Assembly: GCA_963668025.2 (NCBI GenBank)
Contig: CAXXTH010000017.1
Span: forward strand, 672,001 to 736,000
DNA length: 64,000 nt
Reading direction: 5' to 3'
DNA from: Candidatus Hydrogenedentota bacterium
GTDB lineage: Bacteria > Hydrogenedentota > Hydrogenedentia > Hydrogenedentales > SLHB01
In this document: positions 20,201 through 27,600 of the stretch, piece by piece
How positions within the stretch are numbered: position 1 is the first letter of the stretch
How the letters are laid out: each line of letters opens with the position of its first letter
Notes under the pieces: generated by a model
Database searches by the model: none
What the model was told of the DNA's origin: nothing
The model's input: the letters and a program-made list of their open reading frames with translations, nothing else
Program-made: the position numbers and the translations under genes

Positions 20201-23012
20201 CCGGATGGCGCTGCAACGCCGTTTCGATTTCGCCCAATTCGATGCGGAACCCACGTATTTTGACTTGGAAGTCCGCGCGCCCGGTGAATTCAATCTGCCC
20301 ATCCGGCAGGAAGCGCACCACGTCGCCGCTTCGGTAGAGCCGTGCGCCTGGGGCGTCTGAGAACGGATGAGGCACGAAGCGTTCCGCAGTGAGTTCGGGC
20401 CGGTTCAAATATCCTCGTGCGAGATTCGCGCCGCCGAGATAGAGTTCGCCCGGCACGCCCATCGGAACGGGCTGCATCTGGGCATCGAGGATGTACGCCT
20501 GTGTGTTGGCGATGGGGCGTCCGATGGTGGGCGCGCCATGGGTGGCTCCGGGTGGAAGATCGAGGTACGTCGAGACAATGGTGTTTTCCGTCGGCCCGTA
20601 ATTGTTGCCCACATGGGCGCGGAATGAGGAGGGCGGTCCGAAATGGAGCTTGTCGCCCCCCGTGAGCAAGAGGCGCAAAGCGGCGTGCGGAGGCCATTCG
20701 GCCACGAGGGCTTGTTCGGCCATGACCGACGGCATCGTGGCGATCGTGAGGCGCTCGCGCGCAATCCAGTCGATCAAGTCCGGCAAGGAAGTGCGAAGCG
20801 TCTCGGGCATTATCACCAGCGACGCGCCCGCGCACAACGTGGGCCAGATCTCCGACGCCGAGGCGTCGAACGTCATGCTAATGAACTGCGTTTGCCGTTC
20901 GCCCGGGGCAAGGCCGTAGGTTTCAATGGCCCAATGCACGAGATTGAGCAGGCCGCCATGTTCGACTTCGACGCCCTTCGGGACGCCCGTCGAACCGGAA
21001 GTGTAGATGACATACGCGCGGTTGGACGGCGACAGTGCGGCGCCTATATTTCCGGCGCTTTCACCCTCGAAGGCGGACCAGTCCGGCCCGAAGCGCACTA
21101 GGGGGCCGCATCCCGCAGGGAGTTCCACCGAGACGCCTTCGTATGCGAGCACCACGGCGGGGCGGGCATCCTCAAGTATCGTCTGAATGCGGCCCGGCGG
21201 GTACGCCGGGTCGATGGGCACATAGGCTCCGCCCGCTTTGAAAATCGCCAGGTACGCTACGATTAAGTCGGCGGAGCGCGGCGCGCATACCGCCGCCAGG
21301 GATTCCGGCCCCACGCCGAGGCGCAGTAAATGATGGGCCAATTGGTTGGCCCGTGCGTTCAGTTCCCGGTATGTGATGCGGCGGCCTTCGTCCGCCAAGG
21401 CTTCGGCGTCCGGCATGGACAGGGCGAGGGCTTCGATGCAGCCAGGAACGAGCGGCGTAGTGGAATACGGCTTGGCCGTTTGATTCCATTCCACCATGAT
21501 GCGCCGCCATTCGGCATCCGGCAATAGCGGCAGCCGCGCGATGGAGCAATCGGGGTCCGTGGCGGCGGCTTCGAGCAGGCGCATGAAATGCCCCGCCATT
21601 CGCGCGATCGTGTCTTCGCGGAACAAGTCAGAATTGTATTCGATATGGGCGTTGAGGTGATCCTCGAATTGCACGAGCGAAAGGCTCAAGTCGAATTTGG
21701 TGGTCGAGCGCTCTTGGGCCATGGTTTCGAGCGCAAGCCCCGCGAAGCGCATGGGGGGCAGCGCCATGTTTTGCAGCACGAACATGGCCTGGAACAAGGG
21801 CGGATGGGCAGGCTCGCGCGGGATGCGCAGATGATCCACCAGCGTCTCGAAAGGCGTATCCTGGTGGGCGAACGCGCCGAGGGCGGTTTCGCGCGCGCGG
21901 GCCACGAGAGCGCGGAACGTCGGTTCGCCTGATATGTCCATGCGCAGCGGCAGCACATTCACGAAGAAGCCGATCAATTGCTCCGTTCCGGGCCGGGTGC
22001 GGCCTGCGACGGGAGAGCCCACCACGATGTCGTCTTGGCGCGAATAGCGGTGGAGCAGCACGTTGAACGCGGAAAGCAAGGTCATGAACAGTGTCACGTG
22101 TTCGCTACGGCTGAAGGCTTTCAACTGCTCCACGAGGGGGGCGTCCACCTGGAAGCGGTGCGCCGCTCCCGCGAAAGATTGGGCTTGGGGGCGGGGAAAA
22201 TCCGTGGGCAGTTCGAGCAGCGGCGGTGCGCCTTTGAGCTGTTCCCGCCAATACTCGATTTGTTCGCTGATTTCCTGTCCCGAAATATGGCGGCGCTGCC
22301 ATTGGGCGAAATCGGCGTACTGGCTGGCTAGCGGGGCATCCAACGCCTCGCGGCCCGCCGTGAAGGCCTCGTAGTACCGCGCCAATTCCTGCACCAGCAC
22401 GACCAGCGACGAACCGTCCGAAATGATATGGTGCAAGGTGACAAAAAGCCCATATGCCGCTTCGCCGGTTTGCACAAGCGTAAAACGGACTAAGGGGCCT
22501 TTGGCCAGATCAAATGGGCGGGACGCCTCTTCGCGTGCGAGGCGGCGCAGGCGTTCCTGCCGCTCGATTTCGGGTAATTCACGGATATCCAGATATGCCA
22601 GGGGCACATCCAAGGAGGGATGAATGAGCTGGGCCGGCTCGCCGCCCACGTCGATAAAGGTCGTGCGCAGGGCTTCATGGCGCGCGGCTACGCGCTGGAT
22701 ACTCGATGACAAGGCGTCCCGGTGGACACGCCCGCTGACCTGAAGGGCAATCGGCGTGCTATAGGCCGTGCCGATGGACTCGAATTGTTCGAGAAACCAG
22801 AGGCCGCGCTGGGCGAAAGACGCGGGGGCCACTTTGTAGCCGCCTGCGAGAAAATCGAGCAATTCCGGTTTGTTTTCGGCCAGCGCCTTGCGCAATGGCC
22901 CACTGAGCGCGCCTTCGGGCGCACGAAAACACAAGCCGCCCGCATCGGTCCATAACTGCACATTTTGGCGTATCACTTCTCCCAGCACGCTGGGAATCGC
23001 GGCGACAGTCAT
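14205..23012 (-). CDS. Two-module NRPS: betaHD(TubC-N)-C-A-PCP-E-C-A-PCP-TE
   Basis: HHIISDG (C1), YTSGSTG x2 (A), GGDSI (PCP before E), HHLVVDGVSW (E), HHLLIDGWS (C2), GGHSL (PCP), GWSYGG (TE); start reassigned to ATG 23012 with AAGGAAG RBS. Confidence 0.95.
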   Translation of the reverse strand: MTVAAIPSVLGEVIRQNVQLWTDAGGLCFRAPEGALSGPLRKALAENKPELLDFLAGGYKVAPASFAQRGLWFLEQFESIGTAYSTPIALQVSGRVHRDALSSSIQRVAARHEALRTTFIDVGGEPAQLIHPSLDVPLAYLDIRELPEIERQERLRRLAREEASRPFDLAKGPLVRFTLVQTGEAAYGLFVTLHHIISDGSSLVVLVQELARYYEAFTAGREALDAPLASQYADFAQWQRRHISGQEISEQIEYWREQLKGAPPLLELPTDFPRPQAQSFAGAAHRFQVDAPLVEQLKAFSRSEHVTLFMTLLSAFNVLLHRYSRQDDIVVGSPVAGRTRPGTEQLIGFFVNVLPLRMDISGEPTFRALVARARETALGAFAHQDTPFETLVDHLRIPREPAHPPLFQAMFVLQNMALPPMRFAGLALETMAQERSTTKFDLSLSLVQFEDHLNAHIEYNSDLFREDTIARMAGHFMRLLEAAATDPDCSIARLPLLPDAEWRRIMVEWNQTAKPYSTTPLVPGCIEALALSMPDAEALADEGRRITYRELNARANQLAHHLLRLGVGPESLAAVCAPRSADLIVAYLAIFKAGGAYVPIDPAYPPGRIQTILEDARPAVVLAYEGVSVELPAGCGPLVRFGPDWSAFEGESAGNIGAALSPSNRAYVIYTSGSTGVPKGVEVEHGGLLNLVHWAIETYGLAPGERQTQFISMTFDASASEIWPTLCAGASLVIMPETLRTSLPDLIDWIARERLTIATMPSVMAEQALVAEWPPHAALRLLLTGGDKLHFGPPSSFRAHVGNNYGPTENTIVSTYLDLPPGATHGAPTIGRPIANTQAYILDAQMQPVPMGVPGELYLGGANLARGYLNRPELTAERFVPHPFSDAPGARLYRSGDVVRFLPDGQIEFTGRADFQVKIRGFRIELGEIETALQRHPDVREAAVVALEDASGGKRLVAYAVSKGAPLDVLVLRAFLESSLPTYMIPAHFVFLDAMPLMASGKIDRRALPAPDYDARESDAYEAPRNAAEERLAGIWREVLGVERVGRRDNFFELGGDSILSIQVVARANQTGLAITPKLFFQHQTVAGLAAAMGGREALPAAEQGLASGTVPLTPIQRWFFEGPGADAQTQHYWNQAPLIEIRERFESEALQKALQALVEHHDALRLRYAPSVDGWVQSYAEPSFDGLLETCDLSEWDSERLPAAIEAAASAFQATLHITRGPMFRALYMNLGAERSSRLLLAAHHLVVDGVSWRILIEDLQSAYAQVREGRAIVLPSKTASYKCWADALAEYAESETVAACAAYWLDASWKQAALLPLDFPGGGNSEASARVHLVFLNPEENRVLFQDISRAYRTQINDLLLTALADTLTAWTGSRAVSLTIEGHGRDVLPDGPDCSRTVGWFTSAYPVLLKTLPGANLGKRIKSIKEQLRHIPGHGAPYGLLRYLRKESTYRDALASTPEPDVAFNYLGQFDAPQMSLADESAGPMHDPRNRRTHAIVINAMMLNGRLGLEWSYSENLHRTETIAQWAEYYMNALRALIAHCQDPASGGCTPSDFPRSHLDVEQLDRLIARFEGVAGPRDIEDIYPLSPMQEGMLFHTLLAPSEAMYIEQWNGLLSGVLDVAAFQQAWRNACARHSILRTAFVYEGAGEPRQVVFRRAEPEFTVQDWRGVDEIEQATRLESFIEADRARGFALERAPLTRFTLLHLRDTAWRLVWTTHHLLIDGWSMPVLLRETLADYEAMRQGGAGARSAAPPYGDYIAWLESQDHAAAESYWRGVLDGFTHPTPLCADRAGAAGADAGRGNMQATLPPEMRESLNALARRHRITLNTILQGAWALVLARRSDEDDIVFGATVTSRPPEIPGIESMVGLFINTIPVRVSIPEDEPASAWLRSLHERAIESGAFDFAPLAHIQRWSGIPASKSLFDSILVFENYPMDDSLRDGMGDLRLLEHGMYERTNYPLTAVAVGQTLLLRLVYDRRYFSEAEVERVLGQWRTALEHIAANEDAPLGTIATLSEAERHRVLVEWNATERTYPDAPCPPDWVRDNAMARPEALAIEGRGRRLTYGELNARANQIAHTLRRHGVQPGDLVAVCMKRCPELPVAWLGVWKAGAAYVAIDPAYPPSRIAFMLEDSAARALLAGPECAAQFEGSGVRMFSVDPEWTAFAQEPDSELNIPIGPEDRSYVIYTSGSTGQPKGVEINHGPLRHLLQWHHETFACTPEDRSTCVSGPAFDAATYETWWALTAGGSLHVQDLNSLSSYEAVRDWILSERLTGCFLPTSIAEGILGLEWPTSVSMRFIYTGGDTLHRYPPKSFPSQFANLYGPTENTVMATGSILEPGIDGAPSIGRPMSNVRVYILDTHGRPTPIGVPGELHITGYGLARGYLNRPDLTAKAFVPDLFSNTPGARMYRTGDLVRYRSDGQIEFLGRIDTQVKVRGYRIELGEIEAVLASHPQVREAVVDARDDGRGGKQLVAYYAPEGCAPAPQDLAAHLRAALPDHMVPARYMAIERIPLTPNGKVDRRALPELDEPLAATRAYVAPRTPEEETIARVWQEVLGVERVGVHDNYFELGGHSLTAIQLLSRLKEATGMEVSIQALFSTPTVEGLAASLSGGPDAPDSAPVVEGGVLVPLRAEGGKRPFFCAAPATGVAFPYYGMALHIEPGRPFYALQDPRVGSQPVSISSIEELATHYIAAMRRVQPHGPYFLGGWSYGGVVAFEMARQLEAEGERVDSLILFDAVLKHDIMQPPRGILGRLGRIWRILHVTAAYTRDSIPYIRDGIYMMLQVLQKRMQGQGNRMAFWDFLNWALLDGVYRILRRKANVADTLSNSERLSMIDIPETRQVFSTLRANTREYNAYQPKPYGGSITLMHTAPEPAYAAIMEATACGWRDYAHGGVTQISIPGNHAAIFASPYVEVLTQRLNECLHEAEKQP

Positions 23013-23115
23013 TGTAAACTTCCTTGCCTGCCCCAGATGAACCAGAGCCAACTGCCGATATATTGGAAACCGCGAATGGATGCCAATAAACTTATCGCAG
23101 TATAGCTGCAATTAA

Positions 23116-23690
23116 AGATCCGGATTTGGGGACCACGAAACACACGAAATACACTAAACTTTTGTAGGGCGGGGCTGGCCCCGCCACTTAAAAGATACGC
23201 TCAAACAAAATTTTACTCAGGTTTTTACACGGATATATGGAAACATATAGATTTACGGAGTAAAACATCCGAGTATTCATCATGTGGTGAAAGCGTCATA
23301 AAAGAAACAATCTTGTTTATTCTTTTTCGCCGACCTTGAATTGAGCCATTTTCAACGCAAGGCGCAGAGGCGCGGAGAACGCAAAGTATCGCAGAGATCC
23401 ACTTTTCTCTATTCTCGAATGTGCGAATAAGCGGTTCGAGAGTATTTTCTCTACTTTGCGGATCTCTGCGTTCTCCGCGCCTCTGCGTTGATAATAACCG
23501 TCCACCGGCCGTTCTTCACCACTGGGCTAAATTGTTACAATGTTTTTTCGTGCAGCGGAATTGCCATTAACGAATCTTGTCCATCTTGTAAATCATGTCG
23601 AAAAAAAATCTCCTCTTCACGGAGGTTTGCCATGTATTCGTGCCATGTATTTACGTTTATTCGAATCCATTCGCGGTTCAAGAATCGGCC
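23116..23690. repeat. Mosaic of short dispersed repeats in the NRPS-TEII gap (REP-like, MITE-end-like, AACGCA..GCGCAGAG inverted pair)
   Basis: Copy of the 9506 repeat; inverted pair 23354-23384 / 23463-23489; segments shared with 49475-49510 and 49588-49605; ATTCG..TCCATTCGCGGT shared with 62808-62837. Confidence 0.7.
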
Positions 23691-23788
23691 CGGTGCTTGA
23701 AAGGGCAAATACCGGAACAGAAGCTCGGTTCGTCGTACGGCCATTTGCTCCCCTGGAGCGAATGTCGTAAGAGAACCGGCATGCGGAT

Positions 23789-24577
23789 TCAAGCGACGTT
23801 CCGGGCCTCCTGGGCCAATATGCGCGCAAGCGTCCATAAGAGTAATTGGGGGCGTTCGAGCAGGTAGAAATGGTCGCCGGGGAACATATGCTTGTCAAAT
23901 GCCGCGCAAGTTTGTTCGGACCAAGCCCGAATGCTCTGTTCCGGCACCATGGAATCTTGCAGGCCGCCTAATGCCGTGATTGGGCACTCGAGGGGCGCTT
24001 CGTCCGTATACGAATAGGTTTCACACACCTCGAAATCGGCCCGTAACACAGGCAACAGCAATTCGAGCCATTCTTCATGTTGCAACGCTTCTTCGGGCGT
24101 GCCGTTGTAGCCGCGCACGCATTCGAGGAAAGTCTCGTCGGGCAAGCCGTGTATGGGCGGGCCTGGATACGGCAGTTGCGGCGCGGAATGGCCGGATACC
24201 AGCAGCCGCATAGGTAATGACGCGCCTTGGCGGCGCAGATGCCGCGCCAGCTCGAAACCGATCAATGCACCCATGCTGTGCCCGAAAAAAATGAACGGTT
24301 TATCTAAAAATGGCTCGATAGTTCGCGCGAGGGAGTCGACCAGCGGGGCCATGCGCGTGAAAGGCGCTTCATGGGCTTGCCCGCAGCGCCCGGGAAGCTG
24401 CATGCAGCAAAGCTCGATGGACTCGGGCAGATGCTCCGCCCATGGCCGGAAAACAGAAGGATTGCCCCCTGCGTGGTGGAAGCAGAAAAGACGCATGGCC
24501 GCCGACGGATTCGGCTTGACCATGCTCCCTGGCTGGCTAATCCACTGCGAAGACTTCATGCGTTTCCTTTTCGGCAC
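23789..24577 (-). CDS. Type II (editing) thioesterase
   Basis: LFCFHHAGG, QLPGR, GHSMG, LRADF, PGDHFY motifs. Confidence 0.92.
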   Translation of the reverse strand: MPKRKRMKSSQWISQPGSMVKPNPSAAMRLFCFHHAGGNPSVFRPWAEHLPESIELCCMQLPGRCGQAHEAPFTRMAPLVDSLARTIEPFLDKPFIFFGHSMGALIGFELARHLRRQGASLPMRLLVSGHSAPQLPYPGPPIHGLPDETFLECVRGYNGTPEEALQHEEWLELLLPVLRADFEVCETYSYTDEAPLECPITALGGLQDSMVPEQSIRAWSEQTCAAFDKHMFPGDHFYLLERPQLLLWTLARILAQEARNVA

Positions 24578-24638
24578 ACCGCTTCTAGCCTGCTAGGCTT
24601 GGCGACGCGCCATCCTCGTTTCAACGTTGGCGCAATTA

Positions 24639-27600
24639 TTATATGCGCCCTTCCTCGAATACTTCCGTTTCCGTGGGATGCACCCTAGCATCCGCTTCGG
24701 CGGGAAGCTCATAACCTAATTCCACCGCAATCTGGCGGGCAGCTTCTCCCAGCGGATTCGGCAGATGAATACGCCGCCACGCTTCGCCCAAGCCGCCTTC
24801 GATGCGGCTGCGCGCGAGAAAGTTTGGATCGCCAATACCTAGCGACGATTCCTTGACGCCGTCGGTCATTCGTTTCCCATTATACGGTTCCAGCACCGCT
24901 GGATCGAATAAAATATCTAAAAAGCCGCATACTCGGCGCATCACTATTTCGGGAGCGCTCACGAGTTCTTCATATTTCACAAGCAAACAACGTTCTTTAC
25001 CGACACTTCGTCCAAATTCGAGGAGGTTTCGGTTGCTGCGAACCCATACTTCTTCCGCGAGTGCATAGGGATCCACCCCGCCCGCTCCGATCAATTTGTC
25101 GAAACGGTTTCGCACAAATGACTCTATCACCGCATACGGGTGCCGCGCCAGATGTATATATCGAGCCCCCTCGAACCACATCTCCGCCCGCAAGAGCGTA
25201 CCCTGTTCTACCGCGTACGACGGTGATTTGTCCAATAACAGTTTTGGGGCCGCCGCTTCCAGAAGGAGGCGGTACATTTCCCATGTGGGCTGCTCCGCCG
25301 CCACCTGCTCGGATACGAGTGCTTCGGCGGATGCCAGGGCGCGGCCGTCCAACTCCATCAGCGCCCGCTGAAGGCCTTCTCCAAGATAGCTCAAACCCAG
25401 TGCTTCTTGCCGTTCGCTCATGGTCGCGAAGGGCAGCAAATGCAATTCCGGCGGGCAAAATAGCCCGGGATGCCCCGCCAGCATGACGCGCATGAGCGTC
25501 GAACCCGAACGTGGGCTCGATAGCAAGAACGCCGCACCTGGAAGCCGCCGTGGCGGAGCTTCATCTGGCGTGCCGCCGCCCCGCACCCAGCGGGCCAGCG
25601 ATTCGCTGTCAATGGCTCCCGAGGATGCGCCGCCCCGGCCTTCGGCGCGCTCTAGTTCTTCCGATAAATAAGCCGCCAGCTCGGCGACAACGGGGCGCTC
25701 GAAGACTTCGCGCGGATGCACGCGGAATCGCAGATCGTGCTCGAGTGTCCGCACAATCTCCATAACCATAATAGAGTCAAGGCCCAACTCGAGCACGTTT
25801 TGCTCATCGGGTATCGCGGAACCCGCCATACCCAATACGCGGGCCAGTTGCACCCGAATATAACCCCGAAGGAGGGCGATTCGTTCCATTGGAGCCGCCG
25901 TGCGAATAGCTTGCGGGCTGGGGCCTTCTTCTTCCAGCACCGGCGCGGATAGAAGGCTGTCCAAAAATCCCGAATCCGCCAGCGCATGGCTTGCATGGGC
26001 CAGTTTTTCCCAATCGGCGCGAAAAACGCATACATGCGTCCAGTCGGCTTCGAGGGCGCGCCAGAGCGCCGCCATGGCTTCTTGGGGCGGAAGGCCGGTG
26101 ACGCCCCGGCGTTCGAGCTGGGCGTTCATGCCCGTCTCGACGGCCATGCCCACTTCGGACCATGGCCCCCAATTCATCGCCAAAGCGTGCAGGCCTTGGG
26201 CGCGCCGCCATTGGACAAAGGCGTCGAGCCAGGCGTTGGCCGCCGCGTAATTGCCTTGTCCCGGCGAACCCAGGAGCGAAGCGGCGGATGAATATACGAT
26301 GAAGAAATCGAGGGGCTGGCCCTGAAATAGCTGATGGAGCGCCCATGCCCCCGCAGCCTTGGGCTTGATCACGGACGCCAGCGACGCGGCGTCCAGATGA
26401 AGCAGGAGCTTGTCGTCTAGAATCCCCGCGCCGTGCAACACACCGGCGATGGGCGGGGCTGGGGCCTGGAGGAAGCCCGCATGCCACGCGCGTAGCGCTT
26501 CGAGTTCCGACACATCCACTGAGGCCGTATACACGGTTGCGCCTAGGGCTTCGATGCTCCGGACCGCCGCCACGCGCAATCCGTCCCGGCTATTCGGCTC
26601 CAAGGCGTTCCACGCTTCGCGCGGGGGGAGAGGCGTGCGCCCGAGTAAAATAATATGCCGTGCGCCTTGTTCCGCCAGGCCGCGCGCCGCTTCGAGGCCC
26701 AAACCGCCCAATCCGCCGGTGATGAGATAGCTGGCGTCCGGGCGTATCCGCATCGGCGGCATGGGAGCATTGGACGTTTGTTTACGGGCCAAACGCGCTT
26801 CATACCGCACCGCGCCGCGCCAGGCGGCTTGCCGTGCGCCGGGGGCGTTCATGGATTCGCGCCATAATGCTTCCACTTCCGGCGGTGCGCTCATCGGATC
26901 GAGGTCAACGAGCACCGGCCCGAATTCGGGATGCTCCTGCATGACCACCCGTCCCAGCCCCCATAATAGCGATTGCGCCAGCGCCGGCGACTCCAAGCTA
27001 TCCGCGACGGCTTGCGCGCCGCGCGTCACGATCATCAGGCGCGCATCGGTCACGATGGGGCGCGTCAGCAGGGCTTGGAGCAGATAGACCAGGCCCTCCG
27101 CCGCCGTGTGGTGCGCAAAACCCTCGGAATGCGCATCGAGGCCCCACGCATAAAGCACGGCGCATGCGGCGGCATCGCCGAGTGCCTTGTCGAGCAATTG
27201 CCGGTATTGCATGGGGGAGGCGGACGCAAGCTCCGCGCGTTCGCCCTGATACGTAAATGCAGCGCCGGGATAGGCCACGACACATCGCCCGCCCGCCGCG
27301 CGCGCTTGCGCCGCGAATGCCTCCGCCACGCCAGACGCATCGGCGAAAATCAACCAGGGCGCTTCGGTGAGGAAAGCGCCGTTCCCTGCGGACGCGCCGG
27401 TTTGTTTCCATTGCAATTCATATAACAGCCCATCCACATCGAGCGCCGCCTTCGGCGGTGGTGTGGCTTGCCGGGCGGCGGTGCGCGCCTGCCCATCGGC
27501 GATCCAATAGCGTTGCCGTTGGAAGGGATACGTGGGCAGCGCCATGCGGCGTCCTGGGCGAGCCTGCTCGAAGGCCGCCCAATCCACGGGCGCGCCTTGC

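Noticed and set aside
23013-23111. N-terminal extension of the NRPS given in the ORF track
   Set aside because: TTG start without an RBS; ATG 23012 has AAGGAAG and begins just before the docking domain.
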